A stretch of DNA of 64,000 bases from the human T2T-CHM13v2.0 reference genome, Homo sapiens. Location: the NCBI RefSeq assembly GCF_009914755.1, contig NC_060929.1; one strand, 5' to 3'. Below the pieces are notes generated by a model, which was not told the DNA's origin, did no database searches, and worked only from the letters and a program-made list of their open reading frames with translations. A program made the position numbers and the translations under genes. Shown here piece by piece: positions 14,500 to 28,430 of this stretch; position 1 is the stretch's first letter; every line of letters starts with the position of its first letter.

Positions 14500-16050
14500 T
14501 ATTAACTTTAATTTTATTAAATTAATATATTGTTTAAAATGCCAAATAGTTCTTCAAAGCTTATGGCAAAAACTTTCCACTCCACTTCCAACTTGTTACC
14601 CACAGATACCCAGTTTGACTCTTCAAGATAGCGCTTCTATTATTGACATCCGTGTTTCTAAATAACAGGAATCATCAGAAGCTACCATTTTCGTAGGCGA
14701 AAGGGGGTTAATATCAACAATTTTAGATGGTTCAACTTAACACTACTAGTTCTGGGGTTTATAGTTTTGACTATTGTCTACTGACTTCTCACTATGGAGA
14801 GTAAGGATTTAGACTACCTACAATATTCCCAACACCCCTCCCCACCACTGCCCACCTCTCTCTCTCTAAAATACACACACACAAACACACACACACACAC
14901 ACTCACTCACTCTTCCCTCATCATTCCAATATAGTTATAGCACAATTGGTAGTTCAACATTGAAAGTTTCTATTATGACTCCTATGTAAATATTGTTCAC
15001 AGTTGAGCCTTATACTGCACTATAATTTCACTTTCTTCCTTGTTCCACTTAATTTTTTCCTGAAATTAACTGCCTCTTTTTTTAATTGCTTACTTTTCTA
15101 TAAACCTGTCATAATTCAGACATAAACCTCCTGACATGATCCTTAAATCCCTCTCAACCATGTAAGGGAATCTCAGCTTGGTTTTTATAATTGTTTTTGT
15201 TTGCAATAACACTCTCCATCTCTTTGAAGTCATAAAAATGTTTTAATGTTTTTGTCTGCCCCCTGCTGCTTATCTGTTTTGTTTTATTGGGTTGGTTTTT
15301 TGTTGTGGTTGTTTCCTGAGTTTCTTTTCTGTTTGCTTTGGTCTTTGTATTCTAGATAAGAAGTCTTCCTCAACTGTCTGGTGATCTTTAGCTGTCTTTT
15401 CATAGTTAATAGTGAGGTACCAAAAAGCTAATTAAAAGCTCTATATGTCAGCTGGCAGGCCTCACAATAGAGTGATCAAAGGAAACCGATGGTTTCATTG
15501 GGACACCCAATTGCCAGCATTTGTAAATCTTTCGTTTTGGATCCATTGGTTTCCCCTGAGAAGATTCCTTCAATCTCCTTTCTAAGAGTGTAATTCTGGC
15601 TACCAGAACTCAGAGAGCTTTGCAGGGGATCCCAATGTTCAAAACATAGATTTTCACTTAATCTACCTTTGGAGTGCAGCTCTTTCCCCTATTCACAAAT
15701 GCCTGATGTTCCTGCATGTGGGTCCTCTTTTGATTCTGCTTTTCTGGAGAGTAAATCTCCTACCTTCTGCTGGGATGGGGAAAGAGTCGTCAATAAAGTC
15801 ATCCAGCTGTGCAGGGTAGGGAAGAGGATCTGAGATCTAACTGCTCCTTATACAGATTTGTAGTCAATCTGTTTAAGCCGCACTCCACATCCTGGCAATC
15901 AGAGGCACTTGGCATCTCTGACTCCTGACCTTGTCTGAGTTTTGCATTATGAATCGACTTGCTTCTTATTGGATTCCCATTCCTGTGCTAGCAATTAGGC
16001 CTCAGTTTCTCCATTCTGCTAGGTAAGTTGCTATTCATTTATCCTTCTTT
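14500..16050 (-). mobile_element. Old L1 (L1M-type) fragments, containing (CA)n at ~14872-14910
   Basis: T-rich degenerate sequence typical of antisense old L1 3' regions; subfamily not determinable by eye. Confidence 0.4.
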
Positions 16051-16069
16051 CATCGTTTAAACTTTTAGA

Positions 16070-17000
16070 GACATAAGAAGAGGCGAGTGCAGTAATTGAA
16101 ACAAGAGGTGAGAATGGCCAGCACTAGCACAGTGGTAACAGCAATTTGAGTTTTACATTCATGGATTCACAAGAGATTTTAAATGAGTTTGTGGTTTGAC
16201 TACATTGTGGACCATCCCTGCATGTTTCTGAAGTGAGCATTTATGTAGCTTGTGATGCTATTATACAGAGGGTCTAGGAAAAAGAAAATATTTGAGGGAA
16301 AGATAATGTGTTCAATTTGAGCATGCTAAGTTTGAGATATTTATGCGACATTCAAGAGAAGTCAAGCAGCAGCTGAATACATAGATTTGAAGTTTATGGT
16401 AACCAATTTGGAATGTAGATATAGCTTTGAGAATCAGCAACATAGGGATGATAATTTCAGGCAGAGGAGTGGATGAGATTGTGCAGGGAGAGTCCTTAGG
16501 GCAAGAAGGGAAGAGGGACAAGACAAAACCTACCAGAACACCCATATTTAAGGAATAGACAAAACCAAAAGAACTTGCTATGTAGACTGAGAAATATTTA
16601 CTCAAGAATTAGAAGAAATGCAGGGAGACTTGGTATTTCCAACTTTAGAAAGAGTTATAATAAAGATGGAGAGTTAGCCCAGAGGTCAACTAAGCTAAGG
16701 ACTGAAAAGTTTCCAGTGGACGTAAAGAAAGGAGGTAACTGAAGACCTTGGCTACAGCAATTGCAGTGGGAGATGACAGGACCTCAGCCAAGTTGCTATG
16801 GGTAAGGGTGAGAAGTCGGTGAGCTTTTCCAACTCTCTCTGGCAGTTAAGAAGCGGTGAAAGGAAGGGTGCTGGAGAAGTTGTAAGCTACACATCCTCTA
16901 AGATGATAGATTTGGAGTCAGGAAGTTTTGGTGTTCTGTGGAGAAGCAGGCATAGTTACCCCTATGGAGAAGAAAAGAGATGACTGAGAAAGAGAAGGCT
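16070..17000 (-). mobile_element. L2 fragment
   Basis: Purine-rich antisense L2 motifs (AAGTTTGAGATATTTATGCGACATTCAAG; GGAGTGGATGAGATTGTGCAGGGAGAG). Confidence 0.55.
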
Positions 17001-17623
17001 TTCCAGATAGTATTAAGGACCAAGTTGGTGTTCAAGACCATGAATTTGCAGTAACCCTTACCTCTATCCTAATGTGATTAAGACTTGAATCATCTCCTTT
17101 TCTCCAAAAATGTGAAAGATGTAATGTGATATAAAACCATTCACCTTTCCATTAAACTTGTAAGCTACATAAAAAATGTAGGGAAATAGTAATAACATAT
17201 TTTTATAGAACAATTCAGTGACATATTCGACAATGTTAAAAATTCAGTCTCTTGACAATCTAGTTCACAGTTTGGAAGATCATGTTTCTTCTCAGAAAAA
17301 GCCTATAAATGCTTCTCTTAGACAACTTATCTGATTATTCCTGCTTCCTTAGTTTCAAGTGTTCTTAGAGAATAAGTAGGTTGCAATATGTACAAAATCC
17401 ACTCTTCTAATCATGAGATCCCAATGTTGCTCTGCATCGACCTTTTGATTTGAATCTATATTATTGTCTTAGGAAACAGAGGACCTCTTTAAGCAAGTCA
17501 GACTTATCTTCTTTCACTTGGAAATTTTTTTAAGCATCAGTTCTTGGGATCCTCTCTTCACAGTCAAATTTGCCTAGGTCTACATTCTCCATACAAGAGT
17601 GTCCTTAAAATTGTCCTTGGTCG

Positions 17624-17773
17624 GGCCGGGCGTGGTGGCTCACGACTGTAATCCCAGCACTTTGGGAGGCTGAGGCGGGCGGATCACAAGGTCAGGAGAT
17701 CGAGACCATCCTGGCTAACATGGTGAAACCCCGTCTCTACTTAAAAAAAAAAAAAAAAAAAAAAAAAATTAAA
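17624..17773 (+). mobile_element. AluY left monomer only, with A-tail
   Basis: AluY-type GGATCACAAGGTCAGGAGATCGAGACCATCCTGGCTAAC, ends at a long A-run; no right monomer. Confidence 0.9.
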
Positions 17774-18675
17774 AAAATTATCCCTGGTTATCAGTGAGTA
17801 ATATATATGTCTTTTGGGGAACTAAGTTGTTAAAGGGATGCCTAGTGTCATGTTATTACTGTATATAAGGAACAGCTTTCATCACCATTTACAATAATCA
17901 GGCTCCTTTATTTCTTCTTTGTTGGTAAAGCCTTCTAAGAAATGATACATATATGGTCAATATGATACCGCATACATCTTTGTTATCCATCAATGTATCT
18001 GCTATGTTACATGCACAGTAGGCTTCCAATGAATATTTATTGAATACCTGAATAAGCGAATTTTTCTATTTGAAGAATACTCTTTAATAACTATTCTTCA
18101 AGAATGTCAAGCTGTGTCTAAAAGTAATCAAGTGTGACAATTGTAATATTTCCCTAAGCTTTTATACCTTAAATTTTGCACGCTTTCACATTCACTTTCA
18201 GGTAGCAAGTGCATTGAGCATCTTTTTCATGTTTGCAATGATTCCACATATTACAGATTCTCAGTGTCGAGCGATCGCATGCATTGACCTTGAAATCCCC
18301 AGATACATTATTGGATAGTGACTCAGGAAAAGACATTAAATTTTTCTGTGTGTTGAATATTGCAGCTGGGCTTCTTAATCGGGAGAAAAAAGGTTGAGTA
18401 CCTGGGGGACAAATGTTATATACACACTGAAAGACAGTGTTCATCTCTTTTGAATACATGACAATGGAGAGGACAGTGGTGCTGAGCAAACATAACGTCA
18501 AGGGATTAGTGTGGGCCATGAAAAGACACTGCACAATCAGTGCTGAGGGGGAAAGTCTCATCCAGAAGCTTTGGAAATATTGTTTAAATTTGTCAAAAGT
18601 TAGGTTAATTTTTTAAAGGATTTGGAATTAATTGCTTTCTGAATTTGTATCTCTTTGCAGAAAGAAAACATTGTG

Positions 18676-18980
<305 letters not shown>

Positions 18981-18991
18981 AAAACATTGTT

Positions 18992-19103
18992 CCAAGCACG
19001 GCAGTGGCTCATGCCTGTAATCGCAGCACTTTGGGAGGCAGAGGAGGGAGGATCACTTGAGGCCAGGAGTCTGAGACCAGCCCAGGCAACACAGCTAGAC
19101 CTC
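18992..19103 (+). mobile_element. FLAM / AluJ left monomer
   Basis: CAGTGGCTCATGCCTGTAATC..GGAGGATCACTTGAGGCCAGGAG. Confidence 0.8.
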
Positions 19104-20085
19104 AGGATGATCTATTGTTGGGGTGAGGGTGTGACAAAGAGTGACAGTCGAGAATCAGCAGCTAAAAGTTCCCACCCAGAAAAAAAATTCTTTAATCACT
19201 GGTTTAGGTGAAAATAATGATTTTCCAAATGACAGCTAATGGAATGTAACACTTTTTACACATACAAACTATTTTGTTTTCAACTTACTCTCAACCTCCC
19301 AAACACCCCAGACATTTAATGTAGGGTTTGCTTTCAGTGCATTTTGGCACTAACTTCTCTTTGTTTCTGGATCCATTTATTCAATTGTTTCTGAAAGCAT
19401 TTGTTGTGCACCTGCTCCATGTATCCTTCTTTGCAAAGCTCTGTCAGAGATAAAAAGAAAGCAGCGTTCTTGCTTATCCTAGAAGAGTTGTTAAATATTT
19501 TCATGCTGGGAATGGCTCAGCATTGCTCATTAAAAATGGCTGTATATACCCTCACCAGTGAGAAGAAGAAATTACTTGATTCCCCTACCTATTTTACCCA
19601 TAATGAATGCTTTGCTAACTAGCCTGTTAGGTGGCTTGAGTTAATAAACCCCCAAGGAGAAATTAGTAGGCTACCTTTCCATTTATGGAATTGGATACAT
19701 TGAATGATGCTTCTAAGTATTTCAAGGTATTTAACTTTGCATAATTTTGCATGGAGTGAGGAAAGAAAAACAGCTAAACAAAAAGTATTGCTTCCCATTT
19801 GTAGTAAAATTTTAAAAATTAGAATAGTCCAAATTGCTAGTGTTCTTCCTTTATCATATGAATTACCAATTCTTTCATATTATTAGAGGAAAATTACTTA
19901 AAAATTAAATTTTTAAGTATTCTATTGATACAAAAATAGTACTTGATGAAGCTAAAAGTATAATCTTTTGACATATCTTTTGATTATTAACTTCTTGTTT
20001 CTATATTTTCTATAGGAGAAACCTTTGTATTTTTAGATAATTTTCCAATTCAGAGGAAAACAATATACCCTAAGTGTATTGCTAG

Positions 20086-20392
<307 letters not shown>

Positions 20393-22266
20393 TAGAGCAG
20401 GGTTTTTATTATAACTTTCATAGTGTTCATTTGATTAGAACACTAAATGATATTACTAACAAATCTGCATCAAATATTTTTCTCAAGTATCAAAATAACT
20501 GGTAATTAAGCAGCATACTTAACGAACAGAGTTCATCATCCTTTGAAAATGTAAAACCAAATATAATTAAATACACAATTAAAAGGACATAAACCCTACA
20601 TTTTTTAATTTTGTTTAATGTTTGTTTGATTGCTTATTACAAGCAAAGTACTCACTAGAAATAGAAAAAAATTAATAAGACTTAAAAATGTTTATAAGCT
20701 GGTTGGAGAACCAAACAGGTAAACCAGTGAATACAATTCAGTGTTATTGTAGTCACCTGGTGAGGTATCTGTCAAGTCATGGTTCCCCAATAAATGACAA
20801 TCCCACCCCAGCATGATTCGGTTCTTTTACCCATACCTCGTTAGACAAATGCGTTAGGTAGGTCAAGTTTGTTTCCCTTAATTACACCCAAACAAAAGTT
20901 GACTAAGAAAACGATGATGAGTAGTGGTTTGGGGTGCAAACAACAGGCAACAGGCAGATCCCAGAGCACCATGCTCCAACACCAATATGCTGGTAGCAGA
21001 GGGAAGTGCGTCCTGTCCTCCATCTCCAACATGCAAAAGCTGCTCTAGCTGAGTAGAAGTTGGTGACAGCAGATCAAGTCCAAAGCACCACAGGTGGGAC
21101 AAAGTCCCTGCCTCACTAGCTACCAAAGAAGTGAAGGCTCCTCAAGGAGGCCACCCACTCCCCAGTGTTCCCTCTGTCTGGACTCAAACTAGCATTATGT
21201 GAACTGCATTGCTGCCTTTCCTGCCATTAGACTCCTGTTGGGTCAAACCTATAAACCTCAGCATCTCCACAAACTCAAATTTCAAAGAAAGGAGATAGAG
21301 GGGTAATTGGACCACCTTTCCCAGACAACTCTGTGTTTCCTATGCAAATTGCCCTATCTGCTTCAAAGCTGGTTATCCCCTAAGACAACGACAAAGACTG
21401 AGTTATACTTTGGGTCCTGGGCTGGACCCTGTCTGATACAAATCTGCACGACCCTGGTCTAAATCAAGGGTCTCTCTGTCTGTTGGGAAAGTGGTTGCCA
21501 GGGTCTCTGAGTAATGAAGGGGAAAGAAGCCCTAGGGTACTCAACTTTCTAAAAATGAAGGGGATTGTGAGGGAGAAGTGTCAGTGTCTCACCCATAAAA
21601 CCCTTTTGAGAAGAGATGACATTCAAATTGAGTCTTCAGTTTGAATAGCAACATTTCAGATGGAGTTGGCAGAGTAGCCTTCCAAGCACAGAGTAGTGAA
21701 AAAAAAGTTTCATTGTAGTAAAGGCAAGTCATTTAGTGTGACTAGAGCCAATGATTAGTGTGACTAGAGCCAATGATTAGTGTGGAAACGTTGAGCTGGA
21801 AGCACAATGCCAGGGTGTTTGAATTTTCTTCCGCAGGCTGTAGGACGTCCTTGAAGGAGGTAGAGCAGAAAAGTGACATAATCAAATTAGGGATCTACAA
21901 AGTTTAAAACAAGAGCAATTTAGAGAATTAAAGTAAAGCTCTGAGTTAGAAGGCTGTTATAGTAATTTAATCAAAATGTAATGAGGGTTTCTAAATAAGA
22001 CCATTCAGTGAGAATAAAAAATAGGGAAGGCATTTTGGAAGGATATATGCCAGAACTCATTGACTAACTGAGGGTGAGGAAGAGGGAGAAGAGAAGGCTA
22101 GGATGACCACTGGCTCTAGTGACTGTGAGAACAATGAGCAGGTGTGAAGAAAAAATATGTCCTATATCGGTTTGCCAAGGTGTTGTAATGTTCCCTGATT
22201 TCTTTCCATCCAAAATTCATCATCAGCTTTCTCTGTGGAGTATATTAAGCTAGTGAGTGATGTTTA

Positions 22267-22807
22267 TGCATTAGTTTTCCATTGCTGTGTAAAAACTGCC
22301 ATGGACTTAGTGACTTAAAACAATACCTGCTTATTAGCTCACATTTCTGTAGGTCAGAAGTCTGGCACATCATGCCTAGGTTCCTTGCTCAGGGTCCCAC
22401 ACTCATGGGATCAGCTGGGCAGGGCTCTTCTCTGGAGGTTTGGGGAAAGAATCTGCTTCAAAGTTCATTCAGATCTTTGTCAAAATCTTGCGCTGTGGGA
22501 CTGAAGTTCCCATTTACATGCTGGCTGTCAGCCGAGGAGGAGTGTCAGCTTTCAGAGGCTACCTGCATTCCTGGGCATGTGGCCCCCTCCATCTTCAAAG
22601 CTAGGAGTGGTGTGCTGAATCCTCATGATGCAAATCTCTCTAACTTTCTATTCTCCCACCAATCAGAGAAAACTCTGCTTTTAAAGGGCTTGCGTGATAA
22701 GATGAGGCGCACCCAGGTTGTCTCTCTTTTGGTATGTACCGTGACATCACAGGCGTAACACAATGAAACAAAGGCCACAGGGGCCATCTTAAAACTCAGC
22801 CTATCAC
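22267..22807 (-). mobile_element. MLT1E-like MaLR LTR
   Basis: TGCATTAGTTTTCCATTGCTG..TTATTAGCTCACATTTCTGTAGGTCAGAAGTC..GGCCATCTTAAAACTCAGCCTATCACA. Confidence 0.75.
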
Positions 22808-23689
22808 ACCTTCTAAACACAAAGCTAAAAGAAGTGATTCTCCTCCAAGGCCTGGTGGTATGAAGAGGTATATTAAGATCAGAGTAGAGAGTTCAATTAA
22901 AACATAGAATCAGAGAGCCAGATGGAGAAGTCAATGTGTCTCCGAAGAGAAGATCCAAAAGCAGAGGCTGCAAGAACGATGAACAAGAGCCAGGAATCGG
23001 AGTCCAATAAGTCAGGATAAAAGGGAAAGAGGTAAGCTTGAGGTAAGATGGCAACTTGAACAAAGTATATCACCTCCTGCCCGGCCCCTTGTGATAGTGA
23101 CACAATGATTTTGAAAATGGTGAAAAAGTTCTGTCAACACTTGAACAACAGAAAATTCCCCCACATGTCATAACTTCAAAGAGTTACAGCTGAGGTGGAA
23201 CAAGATGATAATAAGTACAGGAGGTCTTGGGGAAACCCCAGCAACATCCTCCAAGTTGGAAGGCCACATATCAAAGAAAAGGACGGATGGTGGAGCAAGC
23301 AGGAAGCATGTCCCAGGGAAGCACAATTACTTGGAAGCAACTATGCCATGACCCCAAGAGTGCAGGCTGACCTTCCTAATGGAGAGTTGGTGGCGGCTGG
23401 GCTGGATGATGTGACGGGCAGAAGAAACTGGAAAGAACGGCCACCACTTGTGCCCAGAGTAGAAGGTTGAGCCACATCAAAATCTTGGACATAGATATTT
23501 GGCCCCTGGAAAACAGTCAGCAGAGATTCAACACGTAGATAAATGCTTAGAACTGAACTCATATCATTGTTACCTGTACTCCTTTCATTAGTCCCGGGGA
23601 CAATCACAACCTTGATGGGGACTCATCCAACACTCTGTCTCCTCAGCTCATAGCCAGTTAACTTCTCAGAGCTCCAGGCCATATTCCGA

Positions 23690-24605
23690 CTGTTTCCTCA
23701 GCATCTGTACTTTTGCTGCACCTAACCCTCTCAAACACAGCATGTCCAAACTTGCCATCTCCCTCAGAACACTCCTGGTCTCCTTCAGGGTTTTATATAA
23801 CAGGAAAATCATCCTCCAGCCTTTCTGTTTGTGAACACTCAAAACCTAGGTGTCATCTGTAGTATATCCTTTGCTCTCATTTTCATAGCCAAGGTGTCAC
23901 CAAAGTCCAGATATATTGATCTCTTAAATATCTTCCTAATTCATGCTCTCCACGACACCCTGATCCAGATAACACCGTTTCTAGCTTGGAGTAACTTCCC
24001 AACTGGTCTTCTTATATCTGCTTTCATCCCGCCAGTCCATTCTCTATACTGCAGCCAAGGAGATCTTTTCAAATCGTCAATCTGAGTGCTTCACTCCTGC
24101 CTAAAACTATTTGGCGTTTTCCCATTGCCCTTAGGATGGAGTAGCAGTTCCCCAACATAGGCTACAAAACTCTGCCTGGTGAGGCATGTGCCGTGCACTC
24201 TGCCCTCTCTCACTGCACTGGCCTCTCTTTTCCTCCAACACACTTTGCCCTGAAAGTTCTCTGTACATGCTATTCCCATTCTTGGGATGCTGTTTTCCAT
24301 CCCAACTTAATTTACTTCTTACTCATCCTTCAGATCTCAGCTGTGTTCACCCAGTTCCCTTCATTTTATTCACACACTATACCACATAACTTTCCTTCAT
24401 CTATCATTTACCACATTGCAATTACACATTTCCTCTGTGCTGATTTAACATCTGACCACAGTAAACTGGAAGTTCCATAGGGGCTGGAAGTTTTTCCCGT
24501 TGTGTTCCCCTTTTATTGCCATCACCTAACACAGCACCTGGCAGGGAATAGATGCTCAGTAAATATGTGTTGGTCCAATGAATGAACGATTTACTGAATG
24601 AATGT
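23690..24605 (+). mobile_element. L2 3' fragment
   Basis: Ends ACAGCACCTGGCAGGGAATAGATGCTCAGTAAATATGTG..AATGAATGAA. Confidence 0.65.
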
Positions 24606-26413
24606 GTTTCATCTAATTCTAGAAGAGGGCCAGACAGGCTCTACCATACTTGGGTTTTTGTGTATTTGTCTTCCATTTCATACAGCTTTATGTTAGGATT
24701 TTTATCTAATTGTTTTTAGCATTTAACTGACAATGACAGACCATTATGGATTGTAAACTTTGTAAGCTTTTTCATTACAAGTGCCTTTTTCTCATTCATT
24801 AGTTTCTGCCCTCATTTCAGTCTTGGATCTTGGATAATATTAACATTACAACCCCTGATTCCTTTTTGTCTCCATTTGCCTTGGTTTGTTGTGGGACTTT
24901 TTTTGCAGGGGTACAAGAGTTCACCTACCTTTGATTTTCAACCTTGCTGAGTCGTTTTTTCTTTTTTTCTTTCTCTCAAAATCTCAACAGATTGTTTCCT
25001 CCACTTGCATTTATTAATCTGATCATATCTTTGGTCTTAGTGCTAAACTTCACTGTTGTTTTATGTTTTTAATACCTACATTGTCTTATATTTTCCTATG
25101 TGATCTGATTTCTCTATTTTATTTTTGTGTGGCTTTCTGTTTATAATCAATTTTTAGTTTTTAAATGTTATATGTTTGAATAATACATTTAAACAACCTG
25201 AAACAGTATCCATACAAAATTCCTCAAAAGGAGATGAGGAAATTCTCATGCACACCTCTCCTCTCAAATTTATACACCCCTCCGTATACTGATTTGGCCA
25301 GTTATATTGTTGTTTTCAATTATTCTGGTGTTATCTTTATGCATTAAAATAATGCACTTAAACCTTCGTCATTTGAATTATCAGTATTAGAATTTCTCAA
25401 GCTCCATAATGAAATATTGAATAAGAGGAAATGAAGAAATGGACCCTTCCTCCCATCTCTACTTCCTTCTGACCTCTTGACTATTGTACTAACATCATTA
25501 TTTCTAACCTCTTGACTACTAAACTAAGATTATTATTTCTATTCGGTTACGATTTTTAACATTCATTCTTTTCTAATGCCCTAATTCCCAGTTGTTTAGA
25601 CTTGGTGCCACATCTAAATAATTTCAGTACTCACATCAGTATTCTCATTTCCTATTCCTGAGCTCATCATTTTCATTAATCTCTTATCTCTTGGTTAGCT
25701 GGATTTCAGAGTTAAGTAGATTTTTTTTTTGCCAAAAAAGAAAGCTAATGTGTACCATATTTCCTGAGTGCTTTTGTGTGTCAAATTAATCTGTTTTCTA
25801 TATACTTGAATGACATTTAACCGAGTATAGAAGTCTCAGAACACATTTTCTTTCCCCCAAAGACTTTGTAATGATTGCTTCACCATTTTCTAGTATTGTT
25901 GCTATGAAATTTAATACCAACTTGGTTTTCCCTCAATATAGGTGAATTACCTTATTGTCTGGTTTGGTTGTATTCATTTATTCAACAAATATTAGTTGAG
26001 TGTCTATTATGTAATAGGTACTATCCCAACTGCTAGGTTTATATCAGATTCTGTATTCTTGACCCCCCACAACTTTACCATTATCAATTGTCCCAAGACA
26101 GGAGGCCATGGTATGCACCTTCAATCCACAGAATCAAGTCTTCTTCTATAGCAGCAATTGTTTATAGCAGCAATTTTTATAGCATTAAAATCTTTTCAAG
26201 GGGGTCTATTAATTCTGTTCCCTTCCTCATGCAAAAGTATTTAAAATTGTATTCACTTCATGATTAAATTCACCTTTGGATGTGTATTGTCTATTTGCCT
26301 TTATTTTGTTTTTTACTCCACTCACCCTACTTGCTTTTGTGGTCTTTCTTTTTTGCCTTCTAGCTGTCAAATACCTGTACATGAGTCTATGCTAGATTCT
26401 TTCTCATTATGAC

Positions 26414-26658
26414 TTTTTTTTTTGTTTTTGAGACAGGGTCTCACTCTGTTGCCCAGGCTGGAGTGTAGTGGCACAGTCTCGATTCACTGCAACCTCCACC
26501 TCCTAGGTTCAAACGATTCTTGTTCCTCAAGCCTCCCAAGTAGCTGGTACTACAGGTGCATGCCACCACCCCCAGCTAATTTTTTTATTTTGGTCTCAAA
26601 CTCCCGACCTCAAGTGATCCACCACGGGATTACAGGCATAAGCCACCATGCCCAGTCA
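26414..26658 (-). mobile_element. Alu with internal deletions in the left arm
   Basis: Alu reverse complement; TSD CATTATGACT on both sides. Confidence 0.88.
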
Positions 26659-27002
26659 CATTATGACTCATTTTTAAACAAGGGAAGCTCCATCTTGTTC
26701 AGTTTTTTGCTCAAGAGTTGTATGAGGAAGGAAAAGGGAAGAGAGAGCCAGGTCTACAGGAGTAATATTGTCCTGGATGACTTTCTCATCTACTCTGCTG
26801 TGCCTTTGCTGCAAGGACATTTCTTCTCCCAGTGACCCACATTCCTTCTAAGAATGAGCAGAAGGTTTCTGTGGCTCACAGTGAAGCCCCATAAGGTTCT
26901 AGTTCTCTGTACAGTGATTTGGCATTTATTTTCATTCTCCTCAGCTGACATGGATTTACTGATCAAAGATGACTCCATATCCAGAGCAGAAATGCCCCAG
27001 GG

Positions 27003-27190
27003 CATGGAGGTTAAGAGGACAGGCTTGGCATTTGAATCCAGGCTCTGTAACTGACTTGTAAAATTGGGATAATAATAGTACCATCCTCATAGAAATTATC
27101 TTTGAAGATTAACTAAGTTGATACATGTAAACTACTTAAATTAGTGCCTAGCACACAGTCAGCACTCACTAAATACCAGCAATTGTTATG
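27003..27190 (+). mobile_element. MIR
   Basis: TGTAAAATTGGGATAATAATAGTACCATCCTCATAG..AGTGCCTAGCACACAG. Confidence 0.7.
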
Positions 27191-28214
27191 TGATACTGCT
27201 AACAGTGGTATTATTATTACATCATGTGCCACCAGCACATTTTCTGCAAAGTTCATGGATTTTTTTCCTTCCAGTCCCATCTGGTCTGCAGTTCCTCAGG
27301 GCAGGATGTAGAATTAGTGATTCCCAGTAAGGGACAACTGGAAAAGCCCTTTGGAGCTGTGCCACCTACTGTTGGAGAACTCTGCAATGTGAATGGACTA
27401 TCCAATGTGAATCTACATTTGGCATCTTCTGGAATTGGGGCCAAATGCCCCTATATTTAGAAGCAATTCTTCATAGCTTGGGGTTGTGTCTACTAGTTTT
27501 GTTAAAGATGGACTCTTTGGTTAGAATTTGTGTTGCTTTCAGTTGATATTAAAGAGTAGAGCTTAGTGCAATTATCTTTATGCTGTCATCTTCAAGCAGA
27601 AGCTCTTAATATTCTTAAATCCAGAAATATTTTTAAATAAGCGAGAGAATGGCAAACTCCTTTTTCTCCACTGAAGCTTAAATATGAAGACATTATAAGA
27701 AGGATTTAAGAGTTCTTAATGCGGTGTTCATAAAAGCACAGTTTAAACCCCAAAATCAGTTCCTACAGGAGATTATTAAATCTTATTCCAATTTTGCACT
27801 TGTGACTAAATATTTCTTTATTTAGAAAATTGTTTTGCATGAGAAATGGAAGTATAGTTTTAATATAAAATCTTGGTAAATTTCAAATTATTTAAAATTT
27901 TCATGAAATTTTAACTGAGTATAGATATACCTTATTACCTTTTTATATATAAGTATATATTTTATATTATATATAGTGTGTATATATGTAAATATAGATA
28001 TTCAAAAGAAATCTATCTATATAAAAGATACATTATTCTTCAAATAATATAAACCTGGTTTCAACCTGTTTTGCACGGATCAGTTTGAATTTTATGGATT
28101 TCACTTTTTTTGAGTCCATGTCTGTCTTAGTCGATTAAGAAAAGCAGAATAATTAAGCCAGTTAAGGGTTATTTGTGATTTTCATGGTGATGGTGGTGGT
28201 GACAATCATGAGGA

Positions 28215-28430
28215 TAATGATCTCACATTTATAGTGGATGGGTACTATGTTTATAAATTATTTCATTCTCTTGTCAAAACAACCACATGAGGTAAGATCA
28301 ATTATTATGCCTACTTCACAGATAAGAAAACCAAGACCTAGGGAGTTAAGTCATGTTCCCAGCATTGTGCAACCAGCAAGCAGCAGATTTGCCAAGCCAG
28401 ACTGGCTCAAAATCCACGCTCTTTAACAAT
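28215..28430 (-). mobile_element. MIR
   Basis: CATGAGGTAAGATCAATTATTATGCCTACTTCACAGATAAGAAAACC. Confidence 0.65.

Noticed and set aside
22282-22758. 158-aa ORF
   Set aside because: Lies wholly within an MLT1 LTR
26147-26184. Short TATAGCAGCAATT tandem, and a similar ATCTGCAAAACTTCC duplication near 35698-35730
   Set aside because: Ordinary slippage duplications inside old repeats
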